From Schmidtea polychroa (lineage: Eukaryota): a stretch of DNA of 60,000 nt. The stretch's first letter is position 1. Every line of letters starts with the position of its first letter. This document shows, one piece after another, positions 25,076 through 39,600 of this stretch. The stretch is taken from assembly GCA_044892525.1 (NCBI GenBank), contig CM097885.1, positions 30,940,001 through 31,000,000 of the forward strand, written 5' to 3'. The notes beneath the pieces were generated by a model, which saw nothing but the letters and a program-made list of their open reading frames with translations, made no database searches and was not told where the DNA came from. The position numbers and the translations under genes are program-made.

Positions 25076-27359
25076 CCGTATTTTCGCGCATATAACCCGC
25101 GGGTTATACAAGTTTTCCAAACGAATGGCAGCTGTGCGGGGTATACAAAGGTGCGGGGTTTACAAAATTTATTTTACTCATAAACATAGCATAACGGAAA
25201 CTATGGACATACCGGTGGGTCTTTATACCTCCTATAGTTCGCTGTGTGGTTGTGAAATGTAAAATGAAAGCTTTATGAACATCTCATTATAAACCTCAAG
25301 AAAACCAATAGTACCGATGCGGCAGAGAATCGTTAATATACTAGTAATCAAATGTAACAAGTAGGTAAGCAACTAAACTAATTTGCCGATACCAGTAGTG
25401 TCGAAACGTATAGACTACAATGCATGCAATACAGCCGCAATCAATCGCCAGTCTCACTAATGTCACTGTCCTCGCTATAGTTAGTGAAGCCATCGAAACT
25501 CGTATCATATTCACTGTCTCCTTCAAATAAGCGAAGCATGTTGGCAACAGCAGTTGTGTCATAAATCGACTCTTCATCACTATTATCATCGTCAGTATCA
25601 GCGTTCACATTGTCGGCCGAAATGAAGCTGCCCTCTACTGCTGGCTCTGAATTAGCTTCACTGACTGTTAGCAGGCCAGCCTTCTTGAAACCATTGCGAA
25701 TAGTTTCAGTGCTGATTTGCTGCCACGCTGCCAGAACCCATTTGCATACTTCAATGTACGTAGCACGTCTCTGATTTCCTGATGGTGTGAATGTGTGTTC
25801 TCCTTCACTCATCCATTTCTCCCATTCGTTGCGGACAAAACACTTGAATGGATGATTAACAGCGATGTCAAGTGGCTGAAGCTTACATGTTAAGCCACCC
25901 GGAATGACAGCAATGTGCGCACCGGTCTTATTGATCTGTTTGTGAACAGACGGCTCTTTGTGTGCAGCCATTGCATCAAAAATCAACAACGACTTTGGCA
26001 GAAAGAATCCACCCTGTCTAGCACGAAAGCATCGTTCAGTCCACTCTTTCATCACGTCCGTGTTCATCCATCCTTTTTTGTTGCACAGTACGATTGCTCC
26101 CTGAGGCAGTTTCTCACGTGGCATTGTCACTCTTTTTAATATAATCAATGGTTTCAACGTCTCACCGGCAGCTGAGCACGCCAGGACAACCGTGAAGCAG
26201 GTGCGTTCATGTCCAGTTGTGGTAATAGCAACCGTTTTACAACCACTTTCCGCTACAGTGCGAGTTGCTGGAATATCAAAAGACATGAGTACCTCATCCA
26301 TATTATAGACAGCAGAAGGATTTAAATTCTGTTCAACGATATCCTTTCTAACAAATTCCTGAAAGTCGTTAACTTTCACTTCCCAATTCTCTGGCAGTTT
26401 CTGGCCAACAGTTGTCCGTGCACGAACCGACAACTGATTACGTGTCATGAATTTAAAAACCCAGTTGTTGCTACCAGTGAAATTATCCATCTTCATTTCA
26501 GCAGCCATTATTTTCGCCTTCAGTTTGATACCAACAGTTGACACTGCCCTGTTGTTTTCACGCTGAGAGCGAACCCATGCTGCGAGGTTTGTCTCCAGCT
26601 GTGGCCATCTAACCTTTCACCCTCGACGAGCTCTTTTGCGAGGATTAATTTGCTGTAGACTTTCAATGTCTTTTCGCCATTCGCGAACTGACTTTTCATC
26701 AACGTCATACTCTCTTCCAGCAGCTCTATTACCATTTGTAGCAGCAACTGCACAAACTTGCAGCTTAAAATCGGCTGTATATGAATTACGCTTTGGCATT
26801 TTTAGGCTTAAAAGACTTTACTGAGTACTGATTAGAATTTATACACTTTTTTTTATACACTTTAATTGCATGTGCTGCACACTATACGCTACGAAGTTCA
26901 AACTACAAGAATACCCGTGCTGCTGATTACCCCAAGAATTAATAGCCTACACAATAAGGCCGAGCACCAGCCGATGCACAATCAGGCCAATCGTAGGGCC
27001 CAGCTCAGCTGCTGCAGCAAATCTTTCTCCTACCATCACCAGATAACTAGGTCAACGACTTTCTGTCAAAACAACATACTACAGATACGACGTAGGCTCG
27101 TATCGTATTTCACATGCGTGTTGCACTCCATGTATCGCTTGTTGGAACAACAACTACAGCACGATTGCGTCTCGAGGGACAGACGTCTGATAAGTAACAA
27201 CCTTATGTACTGGTAGTTTACGGCAAGTCTCACTTTGCACATGCGGGGTATATAAGGGTGCGGGTCGTACGATTTTGTTTTTACTTATTTTGTAATTTGT
27301 GCAGGGTATACGCGTGTGCGGGTTATGCGCGTATGCGGGGTATATGCGCGAAAATACGG
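25076..27359 (-). mobile_element. pogo-superfamily DNA transposon (DD35D, POGK/Passer-like)
   Basis: TIRs CCGTATTTTCGCGCATATA(A/C)CCCGC at both ends; TA TSD (25074-25075, 27360-27361); subterminal GCGGG(G/T)TAT repeats; transposase inside. Confidence 0.96.
25441..26799 (-). pseudogene. pogo transposase with one premature stop
   Basis: MPKRNSYTADFKLQV...VREWRK (Brinker-type DBD), TGA at 26617-26619, then in frame KVRWPQLETNLAAWV (CENP-B HTH). Catalytic NMDE, IFDAM and QPLD with 35 residues between the 2nd and 3rd D. Confidence 0.93.
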
Positions 27360-27961
27360 TAACTAAACAAAAACTTTATGATTCTCCTAAGTTGTTCAAA
27401 GAACAAAAGGCATTAACTTGTTTGTAAAAGCTAAAGTGTCCCCGATCGTGATAGCCTTGCATGGGAATAATGATTTCATAGGAAATATCTCGGGTTTCGT
27501 TGTTAATCTTGTGTAAAACAAAGGTGAATATTAAAATGTATTTAAAATTAAAACATATGAATTACTTGCTATGGAAATTCCAGAAGAAAGACAGCTTCGA
27601 CTTCAAATTAAACATCTGTGTACATTTCTTAGAAAGATATTTTTTACATGCAAATATCTCGACCTTAAAAGTTAAAATGCATTAAGGGAGCGGCTTACGA
27701 TGTCTTGTCACTATCAGTTATCGGATCCTGGCGAAATACCATCTGTGTACCTGGTTTTCTTACATTCTGGGCTTGCCATTCCAGAAAGTCATATAGCGTT
27801 TGAGAAGAGACCAATAAATTCGAAAATGTGAGAATTCGAAAATCCTGCTATGGAGGTGGGAGTGATTAGCCCATTAACCCCTCCTCGATCCGTCCCTGAT
27901 TGAAATCAATCATAAAATAAAATAAAGTTAGGCAGAGTTTGATAACGAGATAATATATGCA

Positions 27962-28226
<265 letters not shown>

Positions 28227-28855
28227 TGATTTATCATTATTATGATTTATTAAGAGATTCAGGAATACTGAGATTATTAAGATCATTGTTTTACCTACCT
28301 AATTTGCCAGAGAAGTAGGTTTGACGGAACCAGCCAAGAGAAAAGCTAGTACCAAGACAACAGCCACAAATAATGAGTAAAAGAACCTTGATGAGGAAAT
28401 GCAAATCTATAGTGGATTTTAGAGACCTCAGAGAAACAATTTTATCGTTTTTTTAATTGAGAAAAAAACATTAAAAATCTATTCTATTTGTTATATTGAC
28501 AATTAAGATTAGGTTCATGTTATGCATGAGTTTTCGTTTGCAAAATAAATTTTTTTATTTTATTTAAGAAATACATAGTATTTATAAGTAACTGATATCT
28601 AAGGCGAGCGAGGAATAATGAGTAATAAATAAGACAATAGTGTTAATATTGGACTTACTTCCATTGTTTAGGTTCGAAATGAAAAATATGCATTAAATAA
28701 TATAATATTTTTTATTACTGGTTTAAAAGTATTTAAAGAATATAATCTATAAGGTATCTATCAATTATAAGGAATATTTAATAAGTAATAGTATTATAAA
28801 TGACAGTACGAACGCAATTTGTATTAATAATTTGGTTTCAATCTTTTCATTACAG

Positions 28856-28997
28856 TGAACCCAGAGATAAATTTCGTCAAGAGGTGCCAGATTTACGACC
28901 ACAGGTACTCACAAAGCATAAAGGGCGGAGTTTTTTGCCCGACGATATAGAAGAATGGAGGCAACGTGGTTCCGACCCGACCTCTTCAAAAAGTTAA
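28856..28997 (+). CDS. Putative terminal coding exon, possibly spliced to 1117-1202
   Basis: Acceptor cttttcattacag at 28855; phase-2 frame EPRDKFRQEVPDLRPQVLTKHKGRSFLPDDIEEWRQRGSDPTSSKS*; AATAAA near 29328. Confidence 0.35.
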
Positions 28998-29493
28998 ATG
29001 AGCGAATATAAGTTATAGAGAAGAACCCCATCGAAGATCAAGGGATCATTCGTGATAATTGAACTTCGAACTGAGTGAACATAGATGAAAGTATGGGACG
29101 AGTACCAAGTTACTCCGAGAACGAGTTATTTCCAGCTTTGGCCGCGCTCATAACACGATTATAATGGTTCTTATAACACCCAAGAAACTCACTAAACTGA
29201 AACCAGTAAATTTGAACGCAAAGAAATTCGGAGTTTGAAAGCGAACAGGGAAGTCAACTCCAGGAAATTTTGAAATGAATTAATTTTTTTATATATGCTT
29301 TTAGTGGCATTGCTTGTCATTGTTTTTAATAAAAATTATTTGGTTTATAAAATTGTTGGAGTTTGAGACAATAATATTTACTTTAACTTGAATAATAAAA
29401 ATTGCTTCATTTAGAAATAATTTAATTCTAATTAGTTGATGGTAGCAAATGTTTTATCATTTTGAAGCCAAAATAATTATACAAGTATACAAT

Positions 29494-30001
29494 TATTGAG
29501 GTTTTGAAAGTAAATTATTAAATTATATCAAATCGAATAGTTCCAATTAAAAGGAAAACCGAAATTGAATGACGGTCAAGCAGAGAAGTAATGACAAAGA
29601 AAGATATGATAAAAACAGAACTATAAAAGGGTACAATCAGACACGAATGGAAAATGCGCAAACCTGGGGAAGTGGAATAAAGTGAAATGTTATCGAAATT
29701 GAAGCTGGAAAACGAGAATGAGGTAGATTAGGGGATGGCAAAGAAGACAGTGAGCAAGAAATTGTTAGAAAATGTTTAGGAGGGGTCGTAAAACAGACAA
29801 ATATGAAAAAACACAAAATATTATTTAATTACTTAATTGGCTAATGGGAAACCCGAGCCAATGCAGAACCCGAGCGATGAAGAAGACCCGAGCGCTATAA
29901 TTCGGAAGGATAAACAAAGTGGGAATTCAGAGGGCATTTATCCAAATAGTCGGATAAACGAGAGTAAACAAAAGAAGGGGAATTACTAAGATGGTCAATT
30001 A
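29494..30001 (+). repeat. Truncated LTR (5' half) of the family at 51557-52545
   Basis: Collinear with the reverse complement of ~52010-52545 (e.g. aacagaactataaaagggtacaatcagaca; ttggctaatgggaaacccgagc). Confidence 0.88.
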
Positions 30002-30609
30002 GCGGGTGTCAGATCTTTAGAAGTTCTCATGTTAGATTTCATCTTTTGCTAACAGCCACCCGTTAAATTGCAGTACCGTCGTCACTTGTGACGTGCATTT
30101 AGTGGTCAAACGAAATAATTATGCACAGTTGTGAAGAGAAGGAAAATGACGAAAGCCTTAATCGAATAGAGCGTATAGAACTAAGAAAGTTTCCCTTACT
30201 CGTAACCCACTAAACAACTGACTGCAAAAAACTACTGCTTCTAACTAAGAATGTATGTAAAAATTTACTATGGTATTTTTAATATCATAATTGCCAAATC
30301 CCAAAATGCCGTATTTTGTGAACAGGTTTAGTGTTCCATATAATAAACAAAAATAGTTTCAATAATTTTTTTGACTTCTAAATATACCTTTCTATTATAC
30401 TCTAACATTACTTATTTTTAAAATTAAGTTTAATAAATATAATCTATCATTTTCAAAAACTAAACAAATATTCATTATTGTTTAAAATTATTAAGTTCTC
30501 TATATTGCTGCAATATTAATTCAAATTTCTATTAAATCAGTGCTTTAAAATTATAAGGTATATTTAGTGAAAATTACATAATATTTTAATATATCTTTAT
30601 TTCAGTGAA

Positions 30610-33600
30610 ATGAGTGCCGAAAACGCTAGTAATATATGTGCTACACAGTTGAGCTTACCTACAATTTTTGATGTTCTTGCTGCTGATGATTTAGATAACC
30701 TTTTGAGACCGTCCTTTAATTATTTATTAAACTTTTTATCAAAATGCAAGCCATCTCTAGGTGGAATATGCAAACATCATCACCAATTATATTTAACATT
30801 CAAGACAGCAATTGAGTGGTATTTCCTCAAAACATCTGGTATAATTTTATAATTAATAAACATTACAATTAATACATTAAAGATGCTTCCTTATCTGAAA
30901 TATTTTATGGTATGCAAAGGTATCCTACTAATATTAATGATAAATTATGGCGAGTAAAGTCAATTTTCTTTTTAGTTAGTTTATAAACATTGATAAATTA
31001 AAAATAAAGTTTTAATATTAAGATTTACATGCCAATTATTAAAGATAAATTAGCTACTTTCTATGATGATTTAAAACTGATGGGAATTGAAAATCTATCA
31101 TTAAAGGTTAGAGTTATAATTTGTATACTTATTCTAACGAAAAATTATCAATGAAGTATTCATAAATTATAGCATTAATAAATTAAAATTAATCATTACT
31201 TCATTGATATTCTGAAAATTGATAAATAAAAATTAATTAATTAAATTTATTTGAAATTAGATATAATTTTTCGGGAAATTTGTGTTTCATTATAAATTCA
31301 AATTTTATTTAAAAAATATAAAAATTCTATATATTTTTAAAATCGATCAAAATCTTAAATATTTAAACAACATTCAAATACTAATAAAATAATCCAAATT
31401 ACAATTATCATCAAAATCCAGAAAACAATTTTTAAAGGTTATTGATTAATTTTGAAAAATCAATATATCATAAAAATATTTCATAATCCATTCAAACAGA
31501 ATTATTTTCGAAAATTATCGATTTATTTCATTTTTCTTTGGATTCGTAGAGAATAAAAACACTTTTCATTGTTTTGGTTGTAAATCCTCGTGGGACATAA
31601 AATTGCGCATCTTTTTCATTTGGGTAACTAAGGATAATTTTTCATTTGGAAAGATTAATTTTTGAAGATTATTGATTAATTTTTGAAGGTTATTGATTAA
31701 TTTTGAAAAGTCAATATATTATAAAAATATTTCATAATCCATTCAAACAGAATTATTTTCGAAAATTATCGATTTATTTCATTTTTCCTTGGATTCGTAG
31801 AGAACAAAAACACTTTTCATTGTTTTGGTTGTAAATCCTCGTGGAACGTAAAATTGCGCAGCTTTTTTCTGTGGGTAATTAAGGTAAATTTTGACACCTT
31901 TGTGCCCTGTAAAAGAATAATTTATCCAAAATGTCATCATTTAGTGAGGTTTGTAATTTTGTCACAAACAAACTCACGGCCTGAAGCTACTTTCGAATTT
32001 AACTGATAATTGGTGGAATGGTCAATAATGAGTTATAAATCCGGGCAAATTTTGCTGTTAGAACATAATCGTTGAGGTTGTGGTTGTCAGTTATTTCTTT
32101 GTTGGCCGCTTGACAATAGAGTTTGATTCAGATAGGAAATCTTATCTTCCAAATAAATAATTAATTCCTGTAAATTTCTATTTCTTCTTTCATTAATTCT
32201 CTTTTGGTTGCCTGTAGCAAAAATTTAACAAAAAAGCACTGACTTCTGTTGAGGATACATAAATAACAAATTTATAAATAAATAAATAAAATTACTTGGG
32301 GGAAATCGTCATAACAAACGGGACGATCTATGGGAACTTCGAAAAGAAAACGGAAGTAAAAAGAAATTAAAAATGAGAAAGGGGAATGAAACAAAAGAAA
32401 GCGGATAAGAAAACAAAAACTAAGGTCAGTACTAATTAATTAGTACAAAATGAAATAGAATTTCAAAATCTGGAAAAAACATAAACAACAATAATGTACT
32501 TATCTCGAAAGCTTGTCAGAGATAACGGGATCAAAAAAAGAAAACAGGCCGGAGCCGCAAAAGGGAAAATTAGAAAATATCTTGACAGCTGTCAAAGATA
32601 ACTCGGTTGCAGGGAAATGTTGGGAAATTATGTTGGAAAAAAAGGGAAATTAAAGATAAACTGAAGTGCCGCAAAGGGACGAGGTATAAAAGGTGGAAGC
32701 ACAGCAGAAGCAGTAAGGACATTTAAGGGAACAATTACGAGGAAAACAGTTAAAGGATAATAATTACGAGGAAACATTTGAGTCAGAATATTGTGGAACA
32801 GAGTTGCGACATAATATTTAATTTATTTGGAGAATTTGAAGTGAATTGAAGCAGAGAAAATTACAGAGAAAACAGAAATAAAGGAAAGCAGCGAGAGCTT
32901 ATTCAGTTGATGACAGGGTAAAGTTCGGCGAGTAAATTCAGGTCAAATCAGAAAACAACCAGTTAAATTACAAATTGTTACACTTCTCTGTTGTGAGAGA
33001 TTTGTCAAATCAAAGTGTGCTATTCTTCACCATAGTGTTGTAATAAGCACTGTATAATCGATAGTCAGCTTGTTGAGCCAATGGTATCATTGTGAAAATA
33101 TTTGTAATATTCAATAAAGTTTCCAGTGTTAATTCTTAATTGTGGGTCAGTCAAAGGCACGCTTGGAGTCAGAGTAAAATTTTAACTTACAAATATTATC
33201 ACCAACCCAATAAGCCAACACTTCTATTGCTTCTAAAGCTTCAACCAATTATGAAATTATAATTAGCTCATCTTCGTTATCTTCAAAGGTTAAGTTCGGT
33301 AAATCATTTTTCATAGCTGTTTTTATTTCAAAATTCTTTTAAGCATAGCTAGCATAGAGTTCCATCTTGTAGATGTGTCAGTGATTAATGTTAACTGCTT
33401 TCCCATTTTAGTTTGACATTCTTTTTGTAGGATATCATTCTTTACGGGAAATTAAATCGACTTCTTTAGGCTAGGTTTTAATTTCATTAGACGCGTTATA
33501 TTCGTCTTCACTTGACTGGTATTCTTTATTTGATTTTTCAATAGTTTTTTAGCTTTCATTTTCAACTGCTAAATTCGTTGTTATCGGAGAAATCATTTGT

Positions 33601-36600
33601 AAAGAGCAAAGCTACAAAACCCAAACGAATTCCATGTAAATAAATTTTTTTCATCACGGATACACTATCTGTGACCACAGCAGTTTATGATTTACTATTT
33701 CAAAAGCTTTAGTTGCCCGCATAGATTCTACAATTCGTATCAATCCCCAGCAAAATATATTATCCTTAGAGTGGATGTAAAGGTACAAACTGATGTCCAC
33801 TCATCTAATGCCATGGACCACTATCGGTTATCGCGTATGTATAGAAAATAGCATCAGTGTTGCGATCTCACGAAATGAGTTTCCTCGCATTGGTCGAATG
33901 AGTTATCGCGAATTATTGATTTTTAAGTGCAAAGTTCAATTTCTGACTTTAGTCAAAACTAATTTTGTAAACAATACTAATTAAATAAATAAATAGTAGC
34001 AAATATGTGGATTTTTTTCTGGATTTGTGATAAAACTCTCATGTGTCCATCGGAAACTTGTCAGTCGGGTGTGTCACAAAATACTTCTGCCATTTAAGGT
34101 TTGATTAGTCGGTTTGTAATTGTTAAATAACATTACCTAGTGACTCCTTTCGATTTAAAATTATTATATTCGTGTTTATCTTTTCATTTGCCACCTACTT
34201 ATATCTGTTTGCCTCAAGAGATATTATTTATTTTTTGCATTTAATTTAATTTTGTACACTCCATTTTTATTTGCAGATTTTTTTGAATAACCCTAACAAA
34301 TATAAAATTTTTTTTATTTAGTAAATTACATAAAAATCAAAACTATTCGATTTGTTCATTATTGCCTTCGAGTATATTTGCTTGAGAAAACAGATCGGGC
34401 CTTTAATATTATAAAATAACTCGTCTTTTGTATAACAATAATTAATGGGGAAAATTTCAAAGTCTTAATTATTCAATGATTTTAGAACTCCTTTAGTTCC
34501 ACACTCCAACAACAATATCTTGCTTGGTACCCAGTTGTACTAGGTTTGCTCAGGACAACTAATATCATATTTTTGCTTGGTTACATCACCAACCGAAACT
34601 CCTATGCCAGTCTAACACTATTTCTGCAGCGAATCAAATTGATTGTCAGTAATAGTGTACAAATGACGTCTAAAACTAATCCGTAATTTTTAATTTTTAT
34701 ACTTTAATTTATTAAAAGTTTTATTTAAAATATAAATATTTTTAACAATTTAATTTTATCTTCATTTATATTCAGATTATAGATGAATTATTTATAGGTA
34801 AAATAAATTAAAATATTGATTTATATTATGAAATCAAAGAAAAATAAATGAAATTGATCAGTGGTGAAGGATATGATAATTTTAATTAAACACATCGATT
34901 ATTTAAATAAATAGTTTGTTTAAATATTTGACATTTATATTTGACATTTTATTGAATATAATTTATGGAAATCAAAAAAATAAGTCTGATCAAAATCAAA
35001 ACATTAATCTGGTACCAAAAACAGCTAAATCTTTGATCGAATGCCAAATTTTTAAGAAACTGTTTAGCAGACTCAGACATATTTTCGTCAATTTAATTAG
35101 GCAAAGACTGACTCCAGACATCCAAGAAATAATAGCATTTTAGGACAATTCTATCCGGTCACGACTCCTTGTACGTTTCAGAGACATTAGTCGAAAAATG
35201 CTCTGAAACTGACAAATTATAACACCAGATTCATAGAGACCTATGGGAGAACTATGGAACCTTTTTATGATCAACAATGAAAAGAAAGTTTTCAACCATT
35301 AATAATAAAGTTGTGTGAAGCTACTATTTTAAATTATACAATTGAAAGAATAACATTTATTTGGACACCAGATTTGGAGCTATAAAAAAAACTCCTTGGG
35401 GTACATGAATAAGTTATGTATTTTAAGGAATACCATTCCACGAAAAATTTCTGTACATATAAATTGTTTTACATGAAATGCTGGAAAAGGGACATATACA
35501 GAAAACCAGTAACTCTTGTGTTTAAAATAAATTAATCAAACATTGACAGATGATTATTGACTATTGAAAAGAATAATAATCTGTTAAACATGGTTCCAAG
35601 GCCTTTTGCAGGTTTTATAACAAAAGCACTACACAAAGAATTATATCACGTTGGAGCCTCTGACTTCCACATTAATAAAAATATCAACTTAATTAAATTA
35701 AAATTAATGTGCAAAATATTTGTGTTTTTAATGCTTTTAAATAATTAGTAAATTATTAAATTTTAAATGTTAAAATTTTAAAAATAATATATTATTTTAA
35801 TTATAATTTTTAAAGGAATGAAATGTTTTTATTAAAATGTATTATATATAACAGGGCTGGCAAAAGCGTCGACCGCGTAGCTATCGAAAGTAGCCCGCTA
35901 GCACTATGGAAAATTGCATATAAGAATCAGTTTTTTATTTATTGAATTTCTAACTTTATAAACATATTTAAAATAAGTTTCGATTCATATGACAAAAAAA
36001 TTCCAATAAGAAACATAATATTAGTCAGATAACACTCAGAGTGTAGTAAATTTTTAGTTTGAAATTCAAATATATACAGTTAGCTAATAATCAGAATAAA
36101 TTTCATGTGTTTGAACAAGTAGGCCATAAAATAAAAGCAAAACATTGACGCTACAATCTTCGATAAGGAATAAAAAAATAAAAAACAACCAAAATAAAAT
36201 ACAACAAACGTGTGTTTGTCTATTTCAATTTTGAAATCAAATTGTTTTCGTTAGAAAAATTTGAAAGCTTGAAGTATTCAGTATTGAATAATACCTGCTT
36301 ATAATATTAATTTCAAAATTTTTTTATTAAAAAAAATTCTTTATAAAAGTTAACATTTTTAATTTTTGAGTATGTAAGTGTGTTTAACATTAATTTTCAT
36401 ATTTAATTTATTTTAGCTTTTATTATTTTCTTGTTTTACCCCCAATGACACAACCGGCCAAAAAAACTAAAACGTACCATTATAATACTTAATGGGAACA
36501 GGAATTTTTTTTCATAATGATGAAAGATAAGTGTGTTTGTCTCATTTGTAATTCAAACGTAGCACTACCTAAAAGAGCTAACGTTGAACGACATTTTCGA

Positions 36601-39600
36601 ACAGTGCACAAACAGTATGAAATTGACTTTCCATTACATTCCGAGGTACGAAAAGACAAAGTCAAGCAGTTAAAGTCTCAATTAGGTGCACAACAAACTT
36701 TTTTTACGAAATTTAACTCAAAATCAAAAACAGCTACCCTAGCATCATTCAAGGTAGTTAATATTTTGATGAAACATAAAAAACCTTTTGGAGATGGCGA
36801 AATATGGAAACAGGCGTTTGTTGAAGCTGGTGAGGTGTTATTCAAAGATTTTAAAAATAAATCCGAAATAATGGATTGTATCAACAATATGTCATTGACG
36901 CGCAATACTAGCACGCAAAGAATGGTGGACATTAGCAAAAACTTGGAAGATATTTTGCGGCAAGATATTCGAAAATGCCGCTTTTTCTCTTTGCAATTTG
37001 ATGAATCTACAGATTTCACTGATACTGCGCAACTATGCATCTTCATTCGAATGGTTTTTGATGATATGTTAACCAGAGAAGAATTATTGACTATTCTTCC
37101 AATGAAAGGACAAACAAGGGGTCAAGATATTTACAATTTATTCAAGTCTTTTATAAGTCGCACCCATTTCCCGATTCACAAGTTGGTATCAATTACCACA
37201 GATGGAGCTCCGTCTATGATCGGAAAACATGTCGGATTTGTAACACTTTGCAAAAATGATGAAGAAATTCCCAGTTTTCATTCGTATCATTGCATTATCC
37301 ACCAGCAAACCTTATGCTCCAAAGTGTTGAACTCTAACTATGTAATGAATATTGCGTTTAAAATAGTAAATTCGATACGTGCAAGAAGTCTACAACGACG
37401 TCAATTTCGAACTTTGCTTGAACAATGTGAAATTGAAAATACTGAATTATTGTTACACACGGATGTAAGATGGCTTAGCCGTGCAGCATCTTTAAAACGA
37501 TTTAGAGATCTTTTGCCCGGAATAAAACAGTTTTTGACTGGAAGAGAAGAATTATATCTTGAACTGGAGGATAAAAGTTGGCTGATAAATCTTGCTTTTC
37601 TTTGCGACATTACATAGCACCTGAATAAATTAAATTTACAGCTTCAGGGGAGACACAAATCAATTCTTGACATGATAACGGCAGTAAAGACGTTTAAAGA
37701 GAAACTGTCCTTGTTTGTGCGTCAACTAGAACGGGGTGATTTGAAACATTTTAAAAACATGGAAGAAGAATCCAAAAATGCCCCAGGAATTCTTTACGAT
37801 AAATATACAAATCAAATTACTACCCTTTTAAATGAATTTAACACACGTTTCGCAGATTTATCTAAAATTGCAAATATTGCTATGTTCATGTCATTCCCGT
37901 TTAATGATGTTATTGATACAGAGGAGATCGCTACTCAGATTAATGAATTTCTGGATTCAGATTCAGCTTGCTTAGAAGATGAGATAATAGCGTTGAAAAG
38001 CGACATTTACTTAAAATCAAGAGCTACAACCGAAGATAATTTTTGGAATCTTATTTCAGAAGAAAAATATCCAATTTTGCGGAGAGTAGTTGGATATATG
38101 TCCGCATTTTTTGGATCCACCTATCTTTGTGAATCAGCCTTTTCTTCAATGAATGTCATTAAAACAAAACATCGATCTTGTTTGACAGATGATCATTTGG
38201 AATCATGCTTGCGGATCGCCATAAGCTCCTATTGCCCGAAATACGAAGAACTTGCTGATAAGATGCAGTGCCACGTATCAGGTGCAAGTAGTAGCAGTAA
38301 ATAATATTATATTAAGATATGTTTACGTTCTAGTAAAGTATTATAAGTTTTTTTCTAATTCGTTTTGTATTTAAATAGAATAAATAGAATAACTACAGGT
38401 AACAATTGAAAATAGTTTTTCTGGTAGACCGCCAGATTTAATATAGTTAAAAGTCGCCCGCAAGACTTGAAAGTTTTGCCACCCCTGATATATAATTAAT
38501 AATTAATACAATTAATAAATTTGTTTAAAAATCCTTAATTTATAAAGTTTTTCTATCCCACTTGATGAAATATATCGTGAAAAGAATGTTTGATTGACGC
38601 TTTCTTATAATTAAATCATTGCCATATATGTTTAACTATAAATTAAAATGATTTTTTAAATATTCTTTTTATTCAACAAACATCATAAACAATTCATGCA
38701 TCTTTCGACATCTCATTCGGTAACTCATCAAAATCAATAAAAAATATGCCAAACATTCGAGAAGCTGAAACCTTTGTTTTCCTACCTGAGATCTCTCTGT
38801 TGATGAGCTTGATAATCAACACCTTCTATTCAACCAAAGAAATTTTCCTTAGAATACTAATTTATTAGTAATTCATAGTGGTTCTCATGATAAAGTTCGT
38901 TATGATGGTTTTCAATGTCGTTTTCAATAAAAACTAATTAGTTTCGTGTTTAAGTTGTTTTAGATAAAAATCGATCAATTAAAAACCGATTGATTTAGGC
39001 AAAGTTCCGATTCTAAAAAAGATTATTAATAGTAAAAAAATGAAATTTTAACTGAAAAATTAACGAAAAATTTCTAGAAAATCAGAAATAAAAATTTAAT
39101 TGGGAAATAAAAAATTTGATTAAAGCTAATCAGATTCACGAAATTAATAATTTAGTTATTAAACATAAATATTTCATGTATGATTCAAATGTTATATTAG
39201 CATGTTCACTGCCATGTACACCTAATTCCACATGTTAAAAGTCTCCATATAATTCCACATGTTAAAAGTCTCTATAATACATGTTGGTGTGTTCATCAAT
39301 CGAGAGAGTTTATTTCATTTTTTGATTTTCAATTCAATTTTATTTATGATTTTACAAGTTTTTTAAATTTAAGTATATTTTAAGGCTTGAATTTTGATTT
39401 TATATAATTATGAGATGGGCTCTTAAATATTTCTTGTAATCAGCATTTATAATATATTTATAATATATTGATAATTAAATTTCAGGTGTTTTTTTAGGTA
39501 TTTTATGACATGTTATGAATTTGGAATTATTTCAATAAAATGTAAGTTAGATATATTTTTAACTAAAAAGAAATAAAATAATCACCAAACACATTTATTT

